From Chromera velia (Eukaryota), in assembly GCA_018398765.1 (NCBI GenBank), contig JAHBMJ010000455.1, positions 62,001 through 126,000 of the forward strand: a DNA stretch of 64,000 bases. The letters are read 5' to 3'. The notes under the pieces are model-generated. The model was not told where the DNA came from, ran no database searches, and worked only from the letters and a program-made list of their open reading frames with translations. Made by a program: the position numbers and the translations under genes. This document shows positions 13,634 to 25,100 of the stretch, piece after piece (position 1 is the first letter of the stretch; the number at the start of each line of letters is the position of its first letter).

Positions 13634-15555
13634 GGGATATATACACCCAACCAGTTGGGTGAGTGCCTCGGGGGGGCATTTGGGGGGTCGGCCATAATTT
13701 GATTGCATGTTAGGCATGTCTTGCCTGCAATGCATGCATGCATAGGCAAATGGCAGGGGCTACGGCAACATGCGCAAAATATGATTTTCAGGACCGCGTA
13801 TGAACATATATGTAATTAACTCCGTGCAAGTTATACTGAAAGGGCACGTATCATGAAGAGCGAAGTATATAATATTATAATACGATCACGGCTCCATGTG
13901 AGTTGCTTGAAGGGCATATTTTAGAATGTGGGCAACACCGACTATAACGGAGACAGAACCGACTCCCCCCTCAAAAAATGAAAAAATACGTTATGCGGAT
14001 ACGTGCGATCTCAGGGCCTCTCGGCTGATCTCAGCAGAGCTGAGCTGCCTCCCGAGGTGATAAGTTCTTCTCACCTCTCCGGGCATGTATATATAAGATA
14101 CATCCAACCAGTTGGGTAAGTGCCTCAGGGAGTCCTTTAAAGGGTCTGTAAATTTGATTGATGCACACTATCGGGGGCTTGGGCATGTCTTGTACAGGTG
14201 CATGCGTGCATGGGGTGGGGGCCACGGCCCAGATCCTTGGTGTTCAATCAGTTCGCATCTGTCCCTGCTAGTCCCTTCCTTGTACGGCCATGATTCCGGG
14301 CCATCAGGGTCTCTGTATCCACCTGTGTCCTTTCCTTTTGGGATTGGTGTTATGGTAGATCAATGGAGGAGGAGTTTCTATATATACCTCTGGCCTTCGT
14401 TCGTTTGTTGTCCGGAACGCGGAACTCCCTAGAGCCCCCTGTGCATGTCGTTTCTCTGGTGTCACGACGTTTTTTCTGGAGTACGGGCCTCTGTTTCTGT
14501 TGCTTGTCACTTGTCTGGCTGGTGTTGCTCTCCATTCTAGCTTCAAAGGGGGAGTTGTTGTAACGATTGTTTTAATAGAAGAAAAGTCTACATGTAGAGC
14601 CCACCAGAGTGAGCCTCCCTTCGTCCACCGTCAGCTAAGATATAAATAAGCCCGTTACAGCTAGTGAGAGTCGCTTTTTATCCACCGTCAGAGACGAAAC
14701 CTCCCTTAGTCTATGTAGAGAGCTCCGGATCCTCAGATTATAACCCCTCCCTCAATTCACTTGGTGAGCCGGCTAGAGTGTGGGTCTCCCTTTACCCACC
14801 TATTTCCACCCCCACCCACTGGCAGTGACACACCTCTTCGAAAACGGAGCCTGACTACTCCTCAGTGACAAGACTGGTCAGAGACTCTCCATACTGTCAA
14901 CACGCTGAAAGGGGATGTGCATGGGCAGTGGTTATAGGCTGTCACCATCCTGATACCCTTTTGATAACAGGCTGCCGTTCTGATAAAAAATGTGATTTTG
15001 AGGGTAATTCTGATGTATCGATGGAGTCGGGAGCGCGGCGGGGCGCAGAGACAGTGGCGAACAGTAGTTTAGATTCTGAGGTGCGTGTCCTAGAGCTGAG
15101 CGGCCCTCTCTTTACCCTAGAGCTGGGCTTTCCAATCTCATATTTCTGAGGAGCGTGCTCTAGAACTAAGCCGCCTTTCCTCCCGCTTTCTTCTGCCTTA
15201 AGACTGGGCTTTCCGAGCTCGTGTAGAGTGCGTGCATACTCTAGAGCTGAGCTGCGACATATGGATGGAGAGGGAGATAGAGTTGGCGAGCGGATGGAGA
15301 AGGAGATGGAGTCGGTGTGTGGATAGAGAGAAAGATGGAGTTAGTGTGCGGATGGTAAGGGAAATTGGGTCGGGAGCGCGGCGGGGCGCTAGGGTGGGGC
15401 GCAGAGATAATGGCAGACAGTGGTTTAGATTCTGAGGTACGTGCCCTGGAGCTGAGCCGCCCTCTCTTTACCCTAGAGCTAGGCTTCCCAATCTCATATT
15501 TCTGAGGAGCATACTTTAGAACTAAGCCGCCCTTCCTCCCACTTTCTCCTGCTTT

Positions 15556-16433
15556 TGCATCCCGGCAGTGACCTGTGTGATAATGGACCCTATTTGGGGC
15601 TTTCAGATAGTAAAAAAATTAAAAACACTTTATATAGTAAAATTAAGCCTATATATAGCATGGTTATGACTTTTTTAACATCTTTAAAGGTTTTTTACAC
15701 ATTCTAGCTTGTTTAGAAGTTTATATATTTACTTTAAAAAAGCTTTAAAAAGGCTTCCTAACTATAGGTGCAACATAGATGGGGGCAGGTCCCCTGGAGC
15801 GCAGGGGGAGTTCCTTAGATTGCCAATGCCTGAGACTGGCAATGCACAGGATCAATAGATAGAAAACAACAATGCAGACAACGAAGACAATGCACAGCTT
15901 ATGTCTCATGGCATTGCGGGGTTACTGGCAACATACAATGTGCTTAACGGGGCACTGTATGGTAGACAGAGAGATCTGAGGGGGTGAGTGGGGGTGCCGG
16001 GTGGGGCGGCGGGCGGCGGTGGGGCCTTAGCGTCAGCACGGGGGCTGAGCGTATAATTTCGAAGGCTCACTAGATCTAAGCATACAATTTTGTGCGCTAA
16101 ATGTTTGATAGATACTGGTATTTTTATGGAAACACCCCTAGCTAGCCTATATTTTTATCTCATGATGATTGCCACCTCCATGATGTATACAGATGTGTAT
16201 GTTGCCCCCATAGTTGGGAAACCTTTTTAAAGCTTTTTTAAGGCAAATATATAATCTTTTAAACAAGCTAAAACATGTAAAAGACCTTTAAAAGTGTTAA
16301 AAAAGTCATAACTATACTATATATAGGCTTAATTTTGCTATACAAAGTGTTTTAATTTTTTTACTATCTGAGAGCCCCTTACGTACACAGGCGAAATAGG
16401 GTCTATTATCATATAGGTCACTGCCGGGATGCG
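15556..16433. mobile_element. Foldback/long-TIR non-autonomous DNA transposon, possibly two nested elements
   Basis: Outer TIR GCATCCCGGCAGTGACCT...AGGTCACTGCCGGGATGC. About 185-bp inner inverted arms at 15596-15780 and 16195-16378. It interrupts the host satellite unit at an apparent TT duplication. Confidence 0.75.
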
Positions 16434-16645
16434 TTAAGGCTGGGCTTTGCAACCTTGTATGGAGTGCGTGCATGCTCTAGAGCTGAGCTGCAACGTATGG
16501 ATGGAGAAGGAGATGGAGTCGGCATGCGGATGGAGAGGGAGATGGAGTCGGCGTCTGGATGGAGAGGGAGATGGAGTCGGTGTACGGATGGCGAGGGAGA
16601 CTGGGTGGGGAGCGCGGTGGGGCGTAAAGACAGTGGCAGACAGTG

Positions 16646-17844
16646 CATGGTTTGCCCTGTTTGGATAGATAAACTACTATGATAGATGCCCTACATACTC
16701 TAGGGTAATCTGAGTAAATGTTATTAAAATATTAAGTATTTTTTTTTTTTTTTTAAACACTAGGCATTATTTTAGTAAAATGAAAAAAATTCTATAAATT
16801 TTCTCAGTATATCTCATAGTAACATCTACGATAATATATGATACAACAATAGAAGATAAAATTGTTTTAAAGTAATTGTATACTCCATAAAGATTGTTTA
16901 GAGTGATATAAGCTTGATTAAACGAATTTATAGATAGATGCTAACTTCGAGAAAGTTCAGGACGTCTCTCATTTACAACGATTGACAAAAGAACGACAAG
17001 GGTGTGCAAGAGACGAACTCATGTAACAACGGCCGGCAGCGATGTGCATGCAGCCTGGAATTAACTGTCAATTCAAGCTTGACAGAGATTTGATTGTTGT
17101 GTTTGGTTGTATTTCCCACAGTGGCTGAGGGGGGTAGGGATCTAGGGTGAGGATGCGGAAGCATTCTTTGAATCCAAAGAAGGTAGATAGACCAGTCGTC
17201 AATTTACCCCCAATAGAGTGATTGGTTTTGCAAGACGGTTGCAAGAATGGGGTGGACCGGGGGGCTGGTGGAAGTAGAATGATCGTACAAAGTACGTATA
17301 TTACAAAGTAATAGAATGGATATGTGACTGCTCTCCCCATCATCAGGATGCAATTCAGTATTGGACGGCAGCTCATATTAAGGAAGTTGGGGGCATTTTG
17401 TCCAGGTTTCACATCATAAAGTGGGCTATAATAACAGGTTTTCTCCATGATTCGAACGTGATGAATGAAGAAGAGAAAAAAGAAATTGTAGATCCGGAAT
17501 TGAGATTGATTCAGCCTGAGTTTGGTGCTGAGTAAATGATGAGATTCCTGTCTGATCGATGTCTCAGGTCATACATACTCATATATCTCTTCATTATAAG
17601 TTAATTTATTTCTATTGTTAAAACAGTGAACTGCTAAAACTATACTAATCTTGATGCTATAAAAATGCTAGGCATTTTTTATTTTTACTATAGTGTATGC
17701 TTTAGCATGATTTTAGAAATACTGAGCACCTACAGTATAACATATTCTAACTGCCCTAGTGTTTCCTTAGTAAATTTTATTTAAATGCTAGTGTAATTTT
17801 AGTATTTACCTAGTAGTTTGTCTGTCTAAACAGGGCAAACCGTG
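16646..17844. mobile_element. CACGG-terminated DNA transposon (CMC/CACTA-Chapaev-like), long copy
   Basis: TIR CA(T/C)GGTTTGCCCTGTT...AACAGGGCAAACCGTG. 2-bp TSD TG. The empty site GACAGTGGTTTAG is seen in the sister satellite unit at about 15416. Confidence 0.8.
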
Positions 17845-18657
17845 TGGTTTAGATTCTGAGATGCGTGCCCTGGAGCTGAGCCGCCTTCTCTTTACCCTAG
17901 AGCTGGGCTTCCCAATCTCGGATTTTTCTGAGGAACGTGCTTTAGAACTGAGCCGTCTTTCCTCCCGCTTTCTCCTAGCTTAAGACTGGGCTTTCTAACC
18001 TCGTGTGAAGTGCGTGCATGCTCTAGAGCTGAGCTGTGACGTATGGATGGAGAAGGAGATGGAGTCGGTGTGCAGATAGAGAGGGAGATGGAGTCAGCGT
18101 CTGGATGGAGAGGGAGATGGAGTCAGTGTGCGGATAGAGAAGGAGACTAGAGAAGGAGATAGAGTCGGCATGTGGATAGAGATGGAGATGGAGACGGCGT
18201 CTGGATGGAGAAGAAGATAGAGTCGGCGTCTGGTTGGGGAGGAAGATAGAGTCAGCGTGCAGATAGGGAGGGGAATAGGGATAGCGTTTGAATGGAGAGG
18301 GACTCTGAGATGGAGTCAGCGTGTAGATGGGGAGGGAGGTGGAGTTGGGGTATGGATGGGGAGGGAGATGGAGTCAGCGTGCAGATGGTGGAGGGAGATG
18401 GAGTCGGCATATGGATGGAGTCTCAGAGGGAAATGGAATAGGCATGCGGATGGGGAGGGAGATAGAGTTAGCATATAGATGGAGAGGGAGATGGAGTCAG
18501 TATGTGAATGGAGAGAGAGCTAGATGGAGTTAGCGTGCGGATGGAGAGGGAAATGGAATAGGCGTGTAGATGAGGAGGGAGATAGAGTCGGCGTACAAAT
18601 AGAAAAGGAGATAGAGTCGGTGTGTAGATGGAGAGGGAGATCAAATTCAACATGGAT

Positions 18658-18982
18658 GTGCAGTGCCTTAGAGCTGGGCCTGTTGTTGACTACGTATGTA
18701 AATGTGGAGTGCCTTAGAGTTGAGTCAGACCCTCCTGTTGACTGCGTATTTGAATGTACAGTGCCCTAGACTTAGGCCTCCTGCTGACTACGTGTTTATA
18801 AATGTGTAGTACCTCAGAGTTGGGCCTTCTGCTGACTGCATGTTTAAATGTGTAGTGCCTTAGAGTTGGGCGTCCTGCTGACTGCGTGTTTAAATATGCA
18901 GTGCCCCAGAGTTGGGCCTCCTACTAACTGCGTATTTAAATGTGCAGTGCCCTAAAGCTGGGCCTCTTGCTGACTGCGTGTG
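18658..18982. repeat. Tandem array of about 7 copies of a ~46-bp unit
   Basis: Consensus GTGCAGTGCCTTAGAGTTGGGCCTCCTGCTGACTGCGTATTTAAAT, repeated head to tail with transition differences. Confidence 0.85.
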
Positions 18983-19279
18983 AGATAGTGTGAGAATAAT
19001 ATTCGGTGGTGATGCAACATGCTTGTTTGGAGTTCTCTCTTTCTCGCATGAGTTGGTAATCCGCCTTAGCCTGTTTTTCCTCAATGAACAGTTCTGCATG
19101 TCAGAGGTTTTTTGTCCAGGGCCACCTTAGGGAGCGGGCCGACAGACTACATATAGATAACCAGACACGTGATTTGCACCGGGTAATGCCGAGCAGTTGC
19201 GTGATGCATGCATATGGGGTGGAGGTACTACCCGGACGGGCAGAAGCTCCTATACCCTCCCTTTAATACCTAATACCTA

Positions 19280-19309
19280 ATGCATGCATGCATATGTAGA
19301 TATCGATCG

Positions 19310-19340
<31 letters not shown>

Positions 19341-19640
19341 GCATGCATGTGCATGCGATCGCCCCCGCTGCATGCATGCATATATATATGCAGTCTGGAA
19401 AAAATATATATATGCATTCTTCTTTAGTGTCTCTCTGGTCCTTTGTCGGGCCAGTATGCATCGCGTGCATGTATCGGTCGGAATTCGAACAGCATGCATG
19501 CATGCATGCATGTAAAAAAAAAACTTATAATTATATATATATATATATATATATAATTCGCCGCGCGACGCGTATATATGTATATATATAAAAAAATTGG
19601 CGGCCGGCCGGGATGATCTGTATCACATGCATGCATGCAT
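19280..19640. promoter_or_regulatory. (TGCA)n and (TA)n-rich promoter region of the LRR gene
   Basis: Dense TGCATGCA runs at about 19280, 19370, 19492 and 19627, alternating with (TA)n tracts, 180-540 bp upstream of the ATG at 19820. Confidence 0.5.
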
Positions 19641-19819
19641 ATATATCAGAATTTAGGTTTTGTGTGTGTCTACAGTTTCAATTGAGGATCGAAAACAGGA
19701 GTCTCTCCACGCAAAAGGATTCTGCTCGCAACAAAGAAACGAACCCAGATCCTGTTTCTGAGTGCCAGAAAAGCACATGAAGAAAGAGGGGCTAGAAAGA
19801 AACAGAGGAAGGAAAGAAG

Positions 19820-21536
19820 ATGACGACCACTGTGGACACAGAAGACAGGTTTGGCCTTGCAGTCCGATCGCTGGCTGCCAATGTTGGAGGTCTGCATGCT
19901 GTGGACTGTCTTGAACTTTCCGGGACAAGCACCAAGAAGTTGACAGACGATCACTTGAAGACCCTAACAGAAGCCTTGAAGAAAAGCGAAAAGTTTGAGG
20001 GCTCCCTTGACCTCTCTTCCAACTCGATTACTGACCTTGGAATCCTCACCTTGACAACCGGCTTGAAAGAGATTATCAGCACAGCAGCAGAGAGTGGTAA
20101 GCCCTGTGTGAAGGTTACAGGCCTCAACCTATCAAACTGCAAGAATGTAGGTGACAGGGGTGCTCAGCTTTTGGCCTCCGTGCTTGAAATCTCCCCTTTC
20201 CTCACCAGCGTGGACGTCAGGGGCACGGGCATCGGTGACGAAGGCGTAACAGCGCTGTGTGATGCAGTGCGCCTGCAGAGAACCGCGCGCTCTCTGTCCC
20301 TGGGGGTGGTGGGCCGAGATGGTCTCCGTGTGGTGATCGACACTCTACGGAGTGTGAAGAGTCTGGAGACACTCAGACTGACTGCCAAGGATGTCGAGAG
20401 GGTGGCTGCATACAGGGAGAGTCTCAGCCCTGAGGACTTCAACGTAGCAGATTATGTCAGACAGAAGTCAGAAGATGAGGAAGAGGAAGAAGAGGGAGCT
20501 GGCGAGGGAGAGGAAGAGGAGGGAAGCAAAACAAAGAAGGGAGGGTTTGGAGCGACTCTTCCTCCTGATGATGTCCTGTCTGTCACGTCAGAAGACGCAG
20601 ACAGAATTTATGCAGAGGCCCCAGGCATGCTCAGCAGAGAAACCAACACTCTGCCAGAGGGTCTCTTGACCTTTGATGACCTCAAGGCCCTGCAGCCTGA
20701 GGTCTATGCTCTCTCTGACGCACAGTTGCCTCTTTACCTCCTGCTCCGGGATCTGGTCCGTGCGGCAGACAGCTGCCCCCGCCTGACGGAGATAGGTGTG
20801 CAGATCAAACCCGTGGGCAAGGGGGGCGATCCCATTCGAGTGGTGGGTTCGATTACGAATGCGACAGAGACGGAATACCCCGATGAGTGCGAGAGAACGA
20901 CAAAGCTGTTCCCCTCCATTGGCAAAGACCTCCGACAGGTCTGTGTGGACCACCTGAGGGGAATGCTGGAGAAGGAGCAGGCCTTGAGACTGGATGAGTC
21001 CATCACACAGGGCGAGTACGTGAAGAAACTCGCAGAGGAAATCATCAGAGGTACGTCTGTCATCGGAACAAAACGGGAGCTAGGGGAAGTTTGTCGGACG
21101 AGGGAGGACGAATTCTCGTCCTTTCTCCTTACAATTTTTCCTTTGACACACACACGCACGCCTACATGCAAACAGATATAGGCATTCAGCATGCACGCAG
21201 CTAGAGCTGCCTAGAGAAGGTTGCAACTAGGCTCTCTGTGTGACCTCACACAGGGTTGAAGAAAGCGGTGCAGAATCCCACCTGAGTTCAGTTCACTGTG
21301 CTGCAGTTCCTGATTGCTTTTCTTCCTGCATGTCTGTTGATTCTCTGATTGCCTGCCATTGAGATTGTTGGGTGGTTTTGTGTGCGCATTTTCTTTTCAT
21401 CTCCAAAAGGCAATGAATGAACGAATGAATGAATGAATGAGCCGATCAATTTTCCATTTGTAGAGCCTTTCATGTCACTGAGGGGCTCATTGTCGAATTG
21501 GATCCTGTTTCTGACTGATGAGGCTTCTTTTTTCGT

Positions 21537-21568
<32 letters not shown>

Positions 21569-21612
21569 TTTTTTTTTCTTTTTTTTTTTCTTTCTTTTTT
21601 TCTTTCCTTCTT

Positions 21613-21654
<42 letters not shown>

Positions 21655-22121
21655 ATTCTTTCCCTCTCTTTGCCTTTCTTTCTTTCTTTCTTTCTTTCTT
21701 GCTTTCTTTCTTTTCTTTCTTTCTTTCTTTCTTTCTTTCTCTCTGTCTGTCTGTCTGTCTGTCTCTCTGTCTGCCTGTCTTCCTTTGTTCCGTTGTTTCT
21801 TTCTTTGTGTCGTATTGACACCGGTAGTGCCAATAGATGCGTTTCATACGCGTCAGTATGTTTTGCTTAGCTTCATAGTAGACATGTATATGTCCTTCCT
21901 TCTGTTCAGGTATCCCGGAGGAGGAGAGTCACTCGTTCCTTCCTCTGAGGTCGTACGTGAACAGGTCTCTCCGTCACACCCTGTCAGAGGGCCTGTACGC
22001 CCTCCAGAAGTGCAAAGCGAGGGGGAACGCCGCAGTGCAGTCTCCTGCAGGAGAGCTGGCCTTCCTCTCCTACTTCGTGGACAAGCGGACACAGAACCCC
22101 GACTTTCAGGTGCTGGGCTAA
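19820..22121 (+). CDS. RNI-like leucine-rich-repeat protein with a C-terminal Dpy-30/RIIa-like docking motif. Exons 19820-21050, 21910-22121
   Basis: LRRs: LDLSSNSITDLGILTL, LNLSNCKNVGDRGAQLLA, VDVRGTGIGDEGVTALC. Phase-1 GTACGT...CAG intron. The last exon reads PLRSYVNRSLRHTLSEGLYALQKCK...PAGELAFLSYFV...LG*. Confidence 0.75.
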
Positions 22122-25100
22122 GAGAGATGAGGAGGGCAAGGGGGCAGAAGGAAATGGGCATGTGCAGATGGCTCGGGAAGTTCCAAGGGAAAGTCGAGGA
22201 TCCATATATGTTATTTTAGAGGAAAATATTCATTTGAAGGACTACAGAGGGTTCAAAACGGAACTCCATTTCGTTATTCACTGGCACTTCTTTATAAAAA
22301 ACAACTATTCTAACTTTGAATACACCATACATGGCCTATGATCAACTTAAATTATAAACAAAAACGTACATAAAGCAAAAGTTGTTCAAAAGTGATTTAT
22401 TGATCAATCAGTTGTATTTTAAGCTTAGTTTAAGTCAGAATTCGGGTCTCACCTCCAAAATAATTCCTTTTGAGGAATTTTGGGTCCTCTGTGAACTCCT
22501 AACCTCGCAGGATCCCACCGAGGAATTCCTAGCAACGTCCGGTAGTCTTCCATAGGCTACCCTCCCGGGCGCCCAGAATCTGTATTGCTAAGGGAACGTT
22601 GCTTTTCAGTGTAGAGCCTACTCCTACACCAGAATGAACTTACAGAGAATGCCTCCCATCCACATTAAAGCTCCTTCTGGTGGTCTTGTACGGTGCTGCT
22701 GTACAAAGATACCACAGAGAGCCAGGTCCATGGTATATTGACGCTAGGACTACCAGGTCTGGCTAGAACGTCCACAACATATCCGTGCATCCTCTGACTC
22801 ATAGACGTGAATGTGATCGAACTGATTGATCGAATTAACGCGCACGGGATGTGTGTGGACATGAATGACTTGCGTATGCACCAAAGACACATTCACGTCT
22901 CATGTATTGCGCGGCGGCGTGCCCTAGCTTGCAGAGCCGAGCGGGGGCGCGATCGTGGGCGAAAGGATATAGAGATATAATCTCACACACCCCCTCTTAA
23001 GCCCCACGAACCCAAAACAAAACAACTCCACACACACCTCTCGGGGAGAGGGGACAGGACAAGCTTCCTCCATTCCTTTATTATGAGTCTTGTCTCCAGA
23101 TCAAGACACAGCATGCACACGCAGTCTTCTCTTTCCTCAACTGCGCCGTTTGCCGGTAGGAGGCGATCGACCAATTGACCTCTTGCATGTATGCATAAAC
23201 TTCTGTCTAACATGGTTCAAGCCTCCCTGAAACTCTGTCCTGCCTCTCTAGGAAACGATGCCACTCTCTGTGTGTGATGGGAGCAGACAGTAGAGAACGA
23301 AAAAACAAATAACCCGGGCCTTGCTCGAACGAATTCCCCAGCCACTTAGGCTGGGTTCTCACTGACACATACATTTACGCAGCCATGCAGTGAATTAATG
23401 CATTTATCCTTCAACAGCCCTCCTCACTCTGACGAACAAAGAAGGAGGCAGACTAAAGGCCTCCCCGAACAAGGCTGTTGAAGGAAGGACTTTTGACATC
23501 CCTCCCCTGCCTTCGTAACGGCAAGGAAACCAACATGCTTCCAGAGTAGGGATGCAAAAAGCAAAAAAGATCTAAGCTCCGTTGATGAGTTAGTGGAGCC
23601 ACCCAGGCTCCACACCCTTTTTCCCCTTTGCCTTTGCCTCTGTGTGGTGATAAGGACAGACCTGTCCAAACTACGCACACGCTTCTTCTTTCATATGCCT
23701 AAGTACCTCTTACTTTCCTGCCTGACTGCCGCATCCCACAGCATACCTGCTGAAGTCCGCAGCCCCACCCTGCCAGAGCGCCTTCGCGCTGGCCCTACCT
23801 TCATTCATCAACCCTGTATGCGGCCTTGCTAAGGAAGTCAGAATGAAAGAGGGGAAAGCACGGGACTAACAGAAAAACAAGTTGTCTATCTACTCTATTT
23901 GATTGGCTTCCGCCCCTCCTGGTACCCTGCTTCTCTGACTGCTCCAGGAGCTTGCATTCGGACGTAAGGGGAGAGATGGACAGAAAGTGATAGAGGCAGG
24001 AGGAAAAGGCAAATCAAGACAACAGACATCAATAAACGAACGGCACCCGGTTAGACCTATCGGAAGGAGACGCCTGGCGGTATACCATCTGGCTCAACGC
24101 AGAAGCTTGTGCAAAGACGGCTGGCTCCACCAAAGCTCCCATCAACTCCCGTTCTGTGAGGGGGAGAGGCGATACCCAGAGAACCCAGAGGGCCTCCCGA
24201 GCACCGACATCCCCCTGCAGGGAGAAGAAGCAGAAGGGACAAAGAGACATCCACGGCTATCACGTTGCTTCTTTTCTTTTCTCATTAAAACAGACATCTC
24301 TCTCTCTGAAGATTTGTTCTCTCTTTGCCCTTCCTCTATTCATTTTCTCTTCATCTCTTCCAGTCTCTTTTTTTCAAAGGAGGAACCTAGGTCGAACATA
24401 AAACCTTTCAAAGCAGCAGAGAGAAACGAGAAGGAGAGAGCGAATGAAGGCCTAGAATAAAGGCATCCCTCGTGCACTCGTGCTCTCAGCCACACAAGGG
24501 GTCTGACTCACAAGCCACGCGCAAAGCAAAACCAAGAGATTCTGAAGCAGAGAGAGAAGAGAAGTCACTCTTCCAAAAGGGGTTCCAGAAGTTCCAAATG
24601 CGCGGCATATGTGGCGCTCGACTTGTTGTTCTCGCGGTCCGCCTCTTTAACGCTTAGCTTTGCAATGAGCTCAATCCCTCCCCCAAGTTTAGTGCAGGGG
24701 CGCAAGGGCGGTCAAAAACAGTCACGGGCATGCATAGGCATAAGCGCATGGCGGCGGCAATCAGGCAGTCCTCTGCCCGTCTTGCATGTTGGCGATGTAG
24801 GGGTAGACAATCGACTTTGGATACTCATCTCGATGAAAAGACTCAGTAGTCTGAGACTCATCGAGCATGTCCGTGACTGTATAGGAGGAGGGAGAGAAGG
24901 GAAAACTAGGCGCTGCATACTGCTCTACTGACTGATGCCTTGCATTCTCTTTTATCCCTCTTCTTTAACACACTCACATGGCATTAATTTTCTTATCAAT
25001 CACGCTTCAATTCATGTACTACAACACATTCAAATATACACTCTCTTACACTCTACATTTTTTATTCTTTTCCGTTCTTATCTCCCACTGTCATCTTCCG

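Larger units (their letters stand above)
15010..18650. repeat. Composite satellite: about 360-bp units and about 28-bp GA-rich minisatellite, interrupted by two TIR elements
   Basis: The GTTTAGATTCTGAG...CCCTAGAGCTGGGCTT...CTCTAGAGCTGAGCTG block recurs at about 15067, 15423 and 17847. GGATGGAGAGGGAGATGGAGTCGGCGT-like units recur at 15262-15360, 16498-16600 and 18045-18640. Confidence 0.8.

Noticed and set aside
18658..18982. Regularly spaced ~46-bp repeats resembling a CRISPR array
   Set aside because: The units are contiguous with no unique spacers, there are no cas genes, and the context is eukaryotic. It is a minisatellite.
21288..22219. Long F/L/S- or K/E/R-rich ORFs (also near 55123-55998, 56229-56636 and 60764-61520)
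   Set aside because: They arise from intronic (CTTT)n, (CT)n and (GTCT)n microsatellites that lack stop codons.
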